Shown: piece by piece, positions 47,886 through 60,790 of the stretch
Position numbering within the stretch: position 1 is the stretch's first letter
Layout: each line of letters starts with the position of its first letter
Origin: Mustelus asterias
Lineage: Eukaryota
DNA length: 64,000 bases
Reading direction: 5' to 3'
Assembly (NCBI RefSeq): GCF_964213995.1
Contig: NC_135809.1
Coordinates: 117,552,001 to 117,616,000 of the forward strand
Position numbers and translations under genes: made by a program
Notes under the pieces: generated by a model
The model's input: the letters and a program-made list of their open reading frames with translations, nothing else
The model's database searches: none
Told to the model about the DNA's origin: nothing

Positions 47886-49364
47886 CTGTATCTACTGTAT
47901 CGAGCCCTTTTAAGAAGTTTATACATATTCTTCTGGATAATTCTAGTGAACAGCCGAAAATTATGCCACCTGTGAATAGACAGAAGATGAGAGGCTGAGG
48001 AAGGCAGAATCTGAAGATCAAAGGCTGAAGGAGGGAGACTAGATCTGGCGCAGTTTGTATTGGTAGAGTGAAGGGCGGACCTAGGAGGAATTTGAAGATG
48101 AAGATTTTAGTCATGTTTGCAGAGAGATAGCCGGTGTGATTTAGCAAAGATAGGAGTAATAGACAAGTAGGGGTTAGTGCAGAACGGGATATAGACAACT
48201 GTGTTTTGGATTAGTGTGGAGCAAATCAGGCAGGTGGCAATTTTGCTGTATTCTACGTATTTTGCATTCACTCCAAAGCATCTAAAGTTAGTATTTGTAA
48301 AGTTCAGTGAACTCATGTATGGTATAAATAGCAAATCCAAATCCCAATAGTTTTATTATATTTTTCTCTTTGGTTACATGATGAGGTTTACTTTAGTACA
48401 AGACTTGCATCTACTACTGGGAATTGCATAACATCTATTTATACCATGGCTCTCAAGCTATAATACAACACCTATTTTTTTCAAAGGGTAATTTTAATTT
48501 TATTATAAATACATAGCATAGGTTGGATCCAGTCTCATTTTAAAAAAGCAAGGAATGGTCAGTAAAAAAAAACATATTTTTTAGTTTCTCTGCCTTAGTT
48601 CCTGTCCACACCCTTTTCACTCATTTTTGTTTCCCCATAATATCCACAACAACATGGACACAAGCCTTTCATTTCTTCAAGGTTATAATTGCTATCAAAG
48701 CCATAGCTTGTTTGGGTATATCAGTGACCACATCCTCCTCCTATGCAAGTCTAATCACTATGCCCTCCCCCCCCATCCCTCTTTTCAACCCTGAAAACAG
48801 TTTATTTTTGAGTTCCTCACAGGCAGCCCTGTTTCCACCTCCCCCTTTGGTCTGCCATGGAACAGACTTCACTGATTTTTTTTTCTATGTAATCAGGAAG
48901 TATTTTGCTTCAATTCAAACTACACTAATCTAAGTTATATCCCGAGCAGTCAAATCACATTTATCATTTTTCCTGGTATATTACACACCTCCACGAACCA
49001 AATCCTGTGCCTGCATACTGAGGCACACTTGGCACATTACTAATCTCACTGTGAACAACGCGATGTGGTTCGGCCTTTTTGAGCACTCTTACTCTTCATG
49101 GTTAAATCCTAAATTGCTCCAGGCTCAAAATGGATGTTGAGAACAAGGTCATATTTCTTTCTGTCAACATTAACCTTCTCCTTCCCACCAACTTCCATAT
49201 GTATGTCTGATATTGAATAAAAGGGGCTAATGCACTGTTGTATGCAAAATTCAGCCCGCCTACTTAGTCTTTTCTCTCCTGCTTCTTCAAGTTTCCTTCC
49301 AAATCCAACCCTGGCCCCATATCATCTGGGATACCTTTTTAACCTCACATCCCCCTCCATGAAA

Positions 49365-51007
49365 ATTTGGAACAGGAGTAGGTCATTTGGCCCCTAAGGC
49401 CTGTCTTGCCATTCAGTAAGATCGAGGCTGATCTGATTGTGAGCTCAATTCCACAGTCCACCTACCCTCAATAACTTTTGATTCCCTTGTTAGTCAAAAA
49501 TCTATTTACCACTTCCTAAAATGCTCATTGAACCTGCCTCCAGCGCTCTCTGAGGAAAGGAGCTGCAAAGATTCATGACCTTCTGAAAGGAAGAAAATTC
49601 CTCGCTGTTTTAAATGGGGGAGCGCTTATTTTTAAACTGTTTCCCCTAGTTCTAGTCTCTCCCCCAAGGGGAAGTATCTTTTCAGCATCCAACCTGTCAA
49701 GTCCCCTCAGGACGTTGTGTGTCTCAATAAGATTGCCCCTCATTCTTCTAGTCGCCAATGGATAGAGGCCCAGCCTTTCCAATCTTTCCTCGTAAGATAA
49801 TCCCCCCATCCCAGATGTCAGTCAGGTGAACCTTCTCTAAACTGCTTACAAAGCATTTTTATCCTTTCTTAAATATGGAGACCAAAACTGTACACAGTAC
49901 TTTAAATGTGGCTCTGTACAACTGTAGCGAAAGATCCCTACTTTTATATTATATTATTGTAAGGGGATTTGAAGAGATGTTCAAAATCATGAGGGGGCTG
50001 GGTCAAGGAGGTAGGGAAAAACTACCTACTTGTAAAAGGATGAAGAATGAGAAGGTACAGATTTAAAATGATTTGAAAAAGAAGCAAATGTGAAGTGAGA
50101 AAAATAATTTTCACACAAGTGTTTCACTGCCTGGAAGTGTGGTAGAGGCAGGTTCAAGCCAGGCATTCAAGAGCACATTAAATGATTACTAGAATAGAAA
50201 CAATGTATAGGGGTACGGGGAAAAGGCAGGGGAATGGCATTTAGTGACGATGCTCATTTGGAGAGTTGGTGCAGATACAATGGGCCAAATGGCTTCCTTC
50301 TACACAATAACAATTCTGTAATTCTGTGATATTTCATTCTCCTTGTAATAAATGGCAACATTCCATTTGTCTTTCTAATCACTTGCTGTACCTGCATACT
50401 AACATTTCCTGATTGTCCCAGGATACCCAGATCCCTCTATCTCAGAATTTTGCAATTTCTCTCCATTTAAAGAATATGAGCTTTTCCATTCCCCCTTCCA
50501 AAGTGAACAAGTTCACATATTCCCACACTGCCAAAATTTTGCCCACTCAGTTAACCTTTGTCCTTTTGCAAACTTCTTATGTCCTTTTCACAACTTACTT
50601 TCTTACCTTTTGTGTCATCAGCAAATTTAGCAACCATACATTCAGTTCCTTCGTTCAAGTCATTGATGTAAATTGTAAATAGATGAGGCCCCATTACTGA
50701 TCCCTACGGCATTTCACACGTCACATTTACAAATCTGAAAAAGACCCATTTATCCCTACTCTCTGCTTCCTGTTAGCTAACCAATTATCTATACATACTA
50801 AATTATTACCCTCTACACCATCTCCAAAATGTCACGTACCCTTGAATATTTAAGTCCTAGTCTTTGTCATCCCGCAGTCATACCTCTAATGGCTATCAGG
50901 CCATACATATTTATTTCTATTTATGTTGTAAATTCATTTTGTTTTATAATGAATGATACATGCATTCAGATACAGAGCTGTTATTTTTACTTTTTTGTAA
51001 CCTTGAT
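49365..51007 (-). mobile_element. Degraded antisense CR1 pieces with a sense CR1 3' end inserted at about 49960-50330
   Basis: GLSYEERLERLGLYPL in ORF 49573..49809(-); aaatttgctgatgacacaaa on the minus strand at about 50610-50628. Confidence 0.75.
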
Positions 51008-52361
51008 TGGAAGGTGTGATATGGGATAGGATCTACAAATATTTGGATAGACAGGGACTTATTAGGGAGAGTCAACATGGCTTTGTGCGTGGTAGGTCAT
51101 GTTTGACCAATCTATTAGAGTTTTTCGAGGAGGTTACCAGGAAAGTGGATGAAGGGAAGGCGGTGGATGTTGTCGACCTGGATTTCAGCAAGGCCTTTGA
51201 CAAGGTCCCTCATGGGAGGTTAGTTAGGAAGGTTCAGTCGCTAGGTATACATGGGGAGGTAGTAAATTGGATAAGACACTGGCTCAATGGAAGAAGCCAG
51301 AGAGTGGTTGTGGAGGATTGCTTCTCTGAGTGGAGGCCTGTGACTAGTGGTGTGCCGCAGGGATCGGTGTTGGGGCCATTGTTGTTTGTCATCTATATCA
51401 ATGATCTGGATGATAATGTGGTCAATTGGATCAGCAAGTTTGCTGATGATACAAAGATTGGAGGTGTAGTGGACAGTGAGGAAGGTTTTCAAAGCTTGCA
51501 GAGGGATTTGGACCAACTAGGAAAATGGGCTGAAAAATGGCAAATGGAATTTAACGCAGACAAGTGTGAAATATTGCACTTTGGAAGGACAAATCAAAGT
51601 AGAACGTACAGGGTAAATGGTAGGACTCTGAAGAGTGCAGTTGAACAGAGGGATCTGGGAATACAGGTACAGAATTCCCTAAAAGTGACGTCACAGGTGG
51701 ATAGGGTCGTAAAGAGTGCCTTTGGTACATTGGCCTTTATAAATCGGAGTATCGAGTATAAAAGTTGGAGTGTTATGGTAAGGTTATATAAGGCATTGGT
51801 GAGGCCGAATTTGGAGTATTGTGTACAGTTTTGGTCACCTAGTTACAGGAAGGATGTAAATAAGATTGAAAGAGTGCAGAGAAGGTTCACAAGGATGTTG
51901 CCGGGACTTGAGAAGCTGAGTTACAGAGAGAGATTGAATAGGTTGGGACTTTATTCCCTGGAGCGTAGAAGATTGAGGGGAGATTTGATAGAGGTGTATA
52001 AGATTTTGATGGGTATAGATAGAGTGAATGCAAGCAGGCTTTTTCCGCTGAGGCTAGGGGAGAAAAAAACCAGAGGGCATGGGTTAAGGGTGAAAGGAGA
52101 AAAGTTTAAAGGGAATATTAGGGGGGGCTTCTTCACGCAGAGAGTGGTGGGAGTGTGGAATGGGCTGCCGGATAAAGTGGTAAATGCGGGGTCACTTTTA
52201 ACATTTAAGAAAAACTTGGACGGGTTCATGGATGAGAGGGGTGTGGAGGGATATGGTCCAAGCGCAGGTCAGTGGGACTAGGCATAAAATGGTTCGGCAC
52301 AGACAAGAAGGGCCAAAAGGCCTGTTTCTGAGCTGTAATTTTCTATGGTTTTATGGTTCTG
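51008..52361 (+). mobile_element. Young 5'-truncated CR1 with an uninterrupted RT and C-terminal frame
   Basis: ORF 51007..52281 (424 aa) with QHGF, DFSKAFD, GVPQGSVLGP, KFADD and no stops. Candidate TSD tgat at 51004-51007 and 52362-52365. Tail (ttctatgg)n-like. Confidence 0.95.
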
Positions 52362-53636
52362 TGATCCCTGACAGCTGGTGCACTCTTAGGTTCGTACATT
52401 CTGTCCCTTCCTGGCAATCTATTGTTTAAAGCACACTCTATTTTTCTAGTTATACGATTCACCAGAACACTTGTCCCAGCACAGTTGAGGTAAAAATCAT
52501 CCCAATAGTTCAGCTCTGGCTTTCCCCAGTGCTTGTGCCAGTGCCCCATGAATCAAAACCTATTTCTCCCATACCAATCTTAGAGCCATGCATTTAACTC
52601 TCTAATCTGAGCTTTAATTTTGTGTAAAAGACATGTTAAATGCTTGCTGGAAGTCTATGTTCAGCAGATCTGCACCTTCCCTTTTATCCACATTGCTTGT
52701 TACTTCCTCAAGAACTCCACTAAATTAGTCAAATGTGGTTTGCCTTTCACAAAACCATGTTGACTCTGCTTGATTGCATTGAGATTTTCTAAGCGCCTTG
52801 CTAAAACCTGCTTAATAGATTTTGGCAATTTTCCTATGACAGATGTTTCCTGCTGTAGTTCCCTCCCTTCTGTTTCCTCCCTTTCTTGAATAGAGGAATC
52901 GCACTTAATGTTTTCCAGAATCTGGAGAATTTTGAAAAATTAAAATCAGTGCATCTACTATCTTAGTTCTTTTCAGATCCCAAGGTAAAGTCCATCCGGA
53001 TCTGGGAACTTGTCAGCTTTTAATTCTCATAATTTTTCAATACCCTTTCCCTGGTGATTGTAATTAAGCTCCTCCCTTTCATCTCCTGATTCACAATTAT
53101 TTCTGAGTTGTTATTTGTAACCTCTACAGTGAAATAAGATGCAAAATATTTGTTCTGTTCATCCGCTATTTCCTTATTTTTCATTACCAATTCCCCATTC
53201 TCACTCTCTGGAGGACCAACACTCACTTTACTTAGTTTCCTTTTTAAATACCTGTAACAGACTCTTATTATCCGTTTTTATATTTCTCACTAGCTTTTTC
53301 CCAGACTCTAATTTCCTCCACTGCCATCTTCAGTCATTCTTTGCTGTTCTTTATATTCTGTCCAATTATCTGACCTTCCACTTGTCATTGTGGAAATATG
53401 ATATGATTATTAACTTCTTCAGTTAGCCACGGATAGTGTCCCTTACATTGCAGTGAAAAAGAAAAATTGTGTCTTTTCTGAATATGCTGAATTATCTCAC
53501 TACATCTCCACTGACTGATCCCTTCATCTAATTTCCCAATTCGCTTCAGCCAACTCCTTCTTCTTGCCCTCGTAATTGCCCTGATTTAACTTTAAAACAC
53601 TAGTAGCCTTAGATCCACTCCCCTCTCCCAAAGATA

Positions 53637-54520
53637 GGGCCCGATTTTACCATTGTGTCGGGCCTGTTTTCGAGCACGAAAACTTGGTAAAGTCGGGCGT
53701 GAGGCCATTAACGCGATTCGCACCCACGCAGATGCCCACTTTACCTAGGCCCGAAAATGGCTGCGATCCGATTCGCTCCCGAAACGGGCGCAATGGCGAT
53801 TTAAATGTAGTTGCATGCATTTAAATTGAATTAATGGGCTGCCCGCCCAACTTTACCAGCATTTCCCCCTTTACCATCGCGTTCGCGTGTCCAGATTCAG
53901 CACGAAACAGACCTGCTCGGCAAAGGTCTGTTTCGGGTGCTCCAGCTTCTGAAGAGGTAAGTTCAGAGCTTTCCAACGACTCTCTAACTCAGATCGGTGG
54001 TGGGGGGGAGGGGGAGGTGGGCCAGATCATTCTCTGGTGAGAGGGGATGGGGAGGGAGGCCAGATCATTCTCTGGTGGGGGGGGGACAGGGAGGGAGGCG
54101 GGGCGCGGGGTCCGCTGCCACTCTGCGGGTGATCGGTGGGGGGGAAGTGGGGCAGAGGGTCGCGATCGGTCTGGGTAGTGGGGGGGGGGGTAGATAAGGG
54201 GGACAGTTATGTTTTGGGGGTGGGGCGATGTCTATGGGGGCCATCACTCCCACTTTATACTCCCGGGCCGCTTTATCCACTTTTTGCGGCCCGGGAGCGA
54301 TGTGACAGGGACGCGTTTTTCAATTTTTTTTCTCACTGCGCATGCGCAGTTCAAAGCTCCGATCGTTTCAGCTGTGATAAGCCCCACCCACAGCACAATT
54401 CAGACCCGCGATGTTTTTTCAGGCTGAGTGCGTATGGGGGTGCCTGAGAACAGATTTCCAGGTCGAATCTGAATTACGCCCAGATTCAGCACTTAGGATC
54501 AAAATGGTAAAATCGGGCCC
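53637..54520 (+). mobile_element. 884-bp GC-rich non-autonomous DNA transposon (PIF/Harbinger-like MITE)
   Basis: Perfect 18-bp TIRs gggcccgattttaccatt and aatggtaaaatcgggccc. 3-bp TSD ata at 53634-53636 and 54521-54523. No transposase ORF. Confidence 0.88.
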
Positions 54521-54991
54521 ATAATATGGAATTCAATCATGTTATGATCACTGCTACCCAAGGGCACCTTCAGTATGAGGTCATTAATTAGCCCTGTCCC
54601 TTTGCACATTTCCAGATCGAGTATAGCCTGCTCTTCAGTTTGTGCTAGAACAGTCCCAAAAACACAATGAATTCATCGTCCATGTCACCTTTGTCAATTG
54701 ATTTGTCCAATCAAGATATCAATTAAAATCATCCATCATTATCTTTGCACCTTTCTCACAAGCTGCCATAATTACTTCCTGTATAGTCCATGAACAGGTG
54801 TAGCTACAGTTAGGGGGCCTACAAACCACTGCCACAGTCTTCTTACCTTTACCAGGTCACCTCTCTCTATTGTACTAATGTCATCCTTAATTAACAGAAC
54901 TACTCCTTCCCCTTTTCATAGCTTCCTGTGCTTCCAAAATGTCATGTACCCTTGAATATTCAAGTCCTAGTCTTTGTCAACCTGAAACTAT

Positions 54992-55944
54992 GGGCCAGAT
55001 TCTCCCATTGCGACCCGCAACTTTTCTGGCGGGTCGGGGAAAGAGATGCGCATGTTGACCATTTCGCGGGTTCCCCACAAGTGTTTACGACATGCGTGCA
55101 TCTCCCAACCGGAAGAAAATGGTGCCGCTGGGAACACGCAGAAAACCAGCGGGAAGTGAGGTAAGTCATTTGAATATTTTTAACATATATTTTAGATGTA
55201 CTTTAGATGTGATTATCGGGCCTGGCACGGAACTTGCCAGGCCCAATAGCATCTCCCACCCTGCCAGGAGTACTTCATTCCAGCGGGATTTAGAGTTGCT
55301 CCCCACGTTCGGGGAACTAGTGGGAGACCCTGTCGGAGTGAAGGGGGGGGGCAATCGGGGGGCCCCCCAGGGGGGGTGGGCGACAGGCGTTGGTGCCTCC
55401 TGGGCATGGGCACCCTGGCACTGCCAGCCTGTGCCCCCTGGCACTGCCCAAAGGGCAAAGTGCCCATGCCTGGGGGCACCATTGGGCATCGGGCAGTGCC
55501 AAGGGGGCGGGGCCTATTGTGGACGGGGCCTACTGCAATTGGTGGGGTTGGGAGGTCCCGCTGCCACTCTGCATTGGGATCGTTCTGGGCTGGAGGGAGG
55601 CCAGTGATCGGGGCAGGCTGGGGGGGTGGTGGTCTGCCGGGGGGCCACGATCGGGCCGTGGGGGGTGCCGGAGGGGCAGCACTGCGGGGGTCCCGGGTTG
55701 GCCAGCGATTGAGCTGGCCAGCAAACGGGAAGACTGCCAGATCGGGGCCACTGCGCATGCGCAGAGTTCCGGAGCTGTCGGACTCTGGCACGAAAAATCC
55801 CCCTGGATTTTTAATGATAATCACGATTGTGACCTCTGCATTGCACAGAGTGGGGAGATTCAGGTCTGAAGCTGCACTGAAAAAACAGTCATGATCTAGA
55901 ACAGTTTTCCCACCAATTCAGCACTTTTGGGAGAATCGCCCCCC
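54992..55944 (+). mobile_element. 953-bp GC-rich non-autonomous DNA transposon (PIF/Harbinger-like MITE)
   Basis: Imperfect TIRs gggccagattctccc and gggagaatcgcccccc. TSD tat at 54989-54991 and 55945-55947. Removing it restores the host CR1. Confidence 0.82.
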
Positions 55945-56249
55945 TATGTCTCGAATGGCTATCAGATCATAATACTTCTGTTTATGCTGTCAATTTATTT
56001 TGTTTTGTAATGAATGCTACATGCATTCAGATAAAAAACCTTTAATTCTGTCTTTTTACTGCTTTTTAACCTTGATCCCCGTCTGCTGGTGCACTCTTAG
56101 GTTTGTGCACTCTGTCCCTTCCTGTCATGCTTTGATTTTTATTTCCCTTGCTCTTTTATTTTATTCCTACCTTCTCTTCCCTTGTCTTCTCAACTTAATT
56201 TATCACACCGTCCCAAACTTGGCCTCTTGTCCCCATTATTTTGTTTAAA

Positions 56250-56500
56250 ACACACTGTGAAAATCCCCTAGTTGCCACACTTCGGCGCCAGTTCAGGTAC
56301 ACTGAAGAAGAATTCTGTACGGCCAATGCACCTAACCGGCAGGTCTTTCAGATTGTGGAGGAAAGCGGAGCACTCGGAGGACGCTGACGCAGGCACAGGG
56401 AGAACATGCAGACTGCACATAGACAGTGACCCAAGGTGGGAATCAAACCCGGTCCCAGGCGCTGTAAGGCAACAGTACTCACCACTGTGCCACCGTGCCA
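56250..56500 (-). mobile_element. tRNA-derived V-type SINE, non-CR1 tail variant (undeleted form, tail truncated)
   Basis: Same head and ggcaactaggggattttcacag segment as the 17934 and 19681 copies, but it retains an internal segment they lack. Confidence 0.8.
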
Positions 56501-56968
56501 CCTGTATCTCAGCTTGGTATGATTCCTGATCTGACCAAGACTGCAAGAAACTACAAAGGGTTGTGAATGAAGCCTAGTCCATCAGCAAACCAGCCTCCCA
56601 TCCATCGACTCCATCTACACTTCCCAATGCCTCTGAAAAGCACACAACATAATTAAGGACCCTACAAACCCAGACATACTCTCTTCCACTTCTGCTGAGA
56701 AAAAGATACAGAATTCTGACATCACATACCAACCGACTCAAGAACAGCTACATCCCTGCTGTCATCACTCTTGAATGGACCTAACGTATATTAAGCTGAT
56801 CTTTCTTTACACCCTATCTGTAACACTATATTCTGCACCCTCTCCTTTCCTGCTCTCCTATGTACTCCATGAACAGTATGTTTTATCTGTATAGCACGCT
56901 AGAAACAATACTTTTCACTATATACCAATACATGAGACAGTAATAAATCAAATCAAACCAAATCAAAT
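56500..56968 (+). mobile_element. Rex/Babar-type LINE 3' end
   Basis: IIKDPTNP...TNRLKNS; tail taataaatcaaatcaaaccaaatc. Confidence 0.82.
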
Positions 56969-58600
56969 GCATCCACTATCTCTACAGCTATCTCTTGCGA
57001 CATTCTGGGAGGTAGATCATCAGGTCCAGGGGATTTATCAATTTTGTTTCTTCTGTACTACATTTTAGTTAAAACTAATTTCTTTCCATTTCCCATTTCT
57101 GCTAGCCCCTTGGTTCTCTAGTATTTCTGGAAGGTTTTTTGTACCTTAATTCGTGAAGAAGGTGACGTCACAGGTGGAGAAGGTAGTGAATAAGGCATAT
57201 GGCATGCTTGCCTTTATAGGACGGGGCATAGAGTATAAAAGTTGGGGTCTGATGTTGCGGTTGTATAGAACGTTGGTTCGGTGGCATTTGGAATACTGTG
57301 CCCAGTTCTGGTCGCCACACTACCGGAAGGACGTGGAGGCTTTAGAGAGAGTACAGAGGAGGTTTACCAGGATGTTGCCTGGTATGGAAGGGCTTAGTTA
57401 TGAGGAGAGATTGGGTAAACTGGGGTTGTTCTCACTGGAAAGACGGAGGATGAGGGGCGACCTAATTGAGGTGTATAAAATTATGAAAGGCATAGATAGG
57501 GTGAACACTGGGAAGCTTTTTCCCAGGTCGGTGGTGACGTTCACGAGGGGTCATAGGTTCAAGGTGAGGGGGGGGGAGGTTTAACACGGATATCAGAAGG
57601 ACGTATTTTACGCAGAGGGTGGTGGGGGCCTGGAATGCGCTGCCGGGCAAGGTGGTGGAGGCAGACACACCGGGAACGTTTAAGACTTATCTAGATAGCC
57701 ACATGAACGGAGTGGGAATGGAGGGATACAAAAGAATGGTCTAGTTTGGACCAGGGAGTGGCGCGGGCTTGGAGGGCCGAAGGGCCTGTTCCTGTGCTGT
57801 ATTGTTCTTTGTTCTTTGTTCTAAGACACACAGAAAATATTTTCGTTTCTCTGCCATTTCCTTTCCAATTATAAATTCTCCCATCTCTGCCTGTCGTGGA
57901 CCCATATTGGTTAATCTTTTCCATTTTACATACTTATAGAAACTTTTACAATCCATTTTTATGTTTCACATTCGTTTACTCTCATTCTATTTTCCAATCC
58001 TTTATCAGTTTCTTGGTCCTCTTTTGCTGAATTCTAAAAAGCTGTCATTAGCGTTACTACTTTGTTGGCAAGTTTATAAGCCTCTCCCTTTAATCTGGTA
58101 CAAACTTTAACTTCTCTTATTAGCCACGGTTGGATTATTTTTCTGGTTGTGTTTTTGTGCCACAAAGGAACATATATTTGTTGTAAGCCATGTATTAATT
58201 CTTTAAATGCTAATCCTTGCCTGTCTACTGTTATACTGTTTAACGGAGTTTCCCAATCTACCACAGCAAATTTGCTCCTTATTCTTTCAGATTTTCCTTT
58301 CTTTAGATTTAAGGCTCTAGTTTTGAATTGCACTCATAATTTTCAAATTTAATGTAAGATTCCATCATTTTATGGTCATTCTTCCCTAATGGCTCCTTTA
58401 CAACAAAATTATTAATTAGCCTTTTCTCATTGCATAAGACTCGATCTAGATTAATTAGCCCTTTCCCATTGCGTAAGACTAGATCTATAATAGCTCATCC
58501 CCTAGTTGCTTCCTCAATGAACTGTTCGAGAAAACCATTTTGTATGCATTCCAGGAATTCATCCTCCACAGCATTAAACCTAATTTAATTTACCAAGCTG
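56968..58600 (-). mobile_element. Old antisense CR1 hosting a sense CR1 at 57153-57822
   Basis: KSFYKYVKWK and IIQPWLIREVK in minus-strand ORFs. Confidence 0.72.
57153..57822 (+). mobile_element. Young 5'-truncated CR1 3' end
   Basis: KAYGMLAFIGRGIEYKS...EYCAQFWSPHY...; tail (ttctttg)n. Confidence 0.93.
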
Positions 58601-58993
58601 AGCTTTCTGTCCAACATTCAGTCCTTCACTAGAACCATTGTCACCAATTCACAAAGCGTTACTTGCTTACACTGCTGTGTTCGCTCCACTGCTTCTGAAA
58701 TCTTCAATCAAGTTTCCTTCACCATTAGGATCGTTTTTTCCATGTTCTCTTCACCTGTGTCCTTCACAATTTTCAACTCATACAGAATTTTGAACCTACC
58801 TGGATGGTCATCACCTTTGTCTTCTGTAGACGCCCCTGGAAATTGTTTACAACATCTGTATCCTTATTTTCCAATCCCTCTATGGCTCTACCTTGTTCTG
58901 CAGTCATATTTGCCAACCTACACCCCCCCTCATTCTAATTGTGGATTACAACTTATTGCACTCTTGGTCCACATCTCAACTTTTCAGTCTGCT

Positions 58994-59318
58994 GGGTGGC
59001 ACGGTGGCACAATGGTTAGCACTGCCACTCGGACCCAGGTTCGATTCTGGCCTTGCGTGACTGTCTGTGTGGAGCTTGCACATTCTCCCTGTGTCTGCGT
59101 GGATTTCCTCAAGGTGCTCTGGTTTCCTCCCACAGTCCAAAGATGTGCAAGTTAGGTGGATTGGTCATGCTAACTTTGCATTTAGTGTCTCAAGATATAT
59201 AGGTTGGGAGGATTAGCAGGGTAACTACGTGAGGTTACGGGGTAAGCCTGGGTAAGAGTCAGTGCAGACTCAGTGGGCCATATGGCCTCCTTCTGCACAG
59301 TAGGGATTCTGTGATTCT
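58994..59318 (+). mobile_element. HE1-type V-SINE
   Basis: Head gggtggcacggtggcacaatggttagc, V core, tail gggattctgtgattct. Confidence 0.88.
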
Positions 59319-59329
59319 GCACATTCTTG

Positions 59330-60010
59330 TTGTATTTCACTCTCCATTCTAATAAATTAATCAGATATGATTTCTCTTTCATGTTGCCTTGCTGACTCTG
59401 CTTGATTAGATTAGGTTTTCCAAATGTGTTGCTATTACTTCCTTAATAATTGATTCCAAGATTTTTCCAACAATAGATGTTAAGCAATCGGCCTATTGTT
59501 GTCTGCTTTATGCCTCCCTCCCTTTTTGAATAGGGATGTCACATTGGCAGTTTTCCAATCTTCCGATGCTTCTCCAGAATCCAAGGACTTTTGGAAAATT
59601 ACAACCAATGCATCCACTATCCCTACAACTACTTCTTTAAGGATCCTAGGATGCAAGCCATCAGGGGACTTATCTGCCTTTAGCTTCATAAGTTTGTCTC
59701 ATACTACTTATCTAGTGATGGTACTTAATTCTCCTCTGTATCCTTTAGTATTAATGGGATGTTTGAAATATCTTCCACCATAAAGACTGGTGCAAAATAT
59801 CTGTTTAACTCATTCTGCCAGTTCCTTGTTCCCCATAACACTCTTCCCAGATTCATTTTCTAAGAGACCTATGTTTACTTTGATCTCACTCTTCCTTTTT
59901 ATATATTTAAGAAGTTCTTGTCAGTTTATATATTCCACACTAGTTTGCCCTCGTAATTCATTTTCTCTCTCTTTATTACCTTTTTTAGTCTTCCTTTGTT
60001 GGATTCCATA
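59330..60010 (-). mobile_element. Old CR1 ORF2 fragment
   Basis: LKADKSPDGLHPRILKE...EDWKTANVT. Confidence 0.8.
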
Positions 60011-60019
60011 TTTATTACA

Positions 60020-60310
60020 TACAAAATGCACTGCAGCAATTCAGTAAGGCTTCTTACTTGTGATTGCTTCCACCTGGGACAAAAATTACAGACACTTGGT
60101 AACCACCAAATGCAAGTTCCTCTCCAATTCACACTCCATCCTGACTTGGAATTGCCATTCCTTAACTGTCTTGGAATCAAATTCTTGGGCTTCCCTACCC
60201 AACAGCACTGTGAGAGTACCTGCACCACATGGACTGCAGCAGTTCAAGAAGGGGGCTCACCACCAAGGGCTATTATGAATGGGCAACAAATGCTGGCCCT
60301 GCCAGCTACA
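60020..60310 (+). mobile_element. 3' end of the CR1-group family seen at 9674
   Basis: catggactgcagcagttcaagaagggggctcaccacc...gggcaacaaatgctggcc is homologous to the reverse of 9700-9790. Confidence 0.72.
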
Positions 60311-60629
60311 CTAGATTCCACTGAAGAAGCCCTAAAAAACCCAAAAGCTGCTTTGCTTGCCAATCCTCCATGCATTCATTTTCTGCAATTTGATCTAGTC
60401 CCCTAAATTCAGCAACAGCTTGCATCCATATTGTGCTGCTCACCCAAATGAATCTTCCAAAGCAGTTTTCCCAGCTGCCCCTAACCAACAGCGTTGTACA
60501 ATTCCACACTTGTATTCTAATAATTGAGCACATGCCACTAATGCCTACTGACCGAAGAAGAATGAATCGGAGTTTATATATCACCTTACCACAATTTCTA
60601 GTCTTCTGCATCCAGTTAATTATTGCCTA

Positions 60630-60790
60630 CATGTAGCTATTGTGTTGTAGCAAATATGGCAGCCAATTTGCACACAGCAACATCCCACAAAAAGAAAATT
60701 ATCCATTTTTGGTGCTGTTGACTGAAAGCGTTAGTCGCGCAGTGAGAAACCCCTGCTCTTTGAGAAAATGCTTGGGATCCTTTACACTCA
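60630..60790 (-). mobile_element. Deu-domain SINE remnant
   Basis: atggcagccaatttgcacacagcaacatcccaca...aaccctgctctttgagaaaatgcttgggatc. Confidence 0.6.

Larger units (their letters stand above)
52590..56250 (-). mobile_element. Old antisense CR1 interrupted by two GC-rich MITEs
   Basis: SVGPPESENGELV...EQNKYFASYFT. The EN motif YDLIAI..ET is split exactly at the 54992-55944 insertion. Confidence 0.75.

Noticed and set aside
55092-55894. Cluster of 100-200 aa overlapping ORFs
   Set aside because: These are a by-product of high GC inside a TIR-bounded MITE. The translations are low-complexity G/P/R-rich with no transposase motifs.
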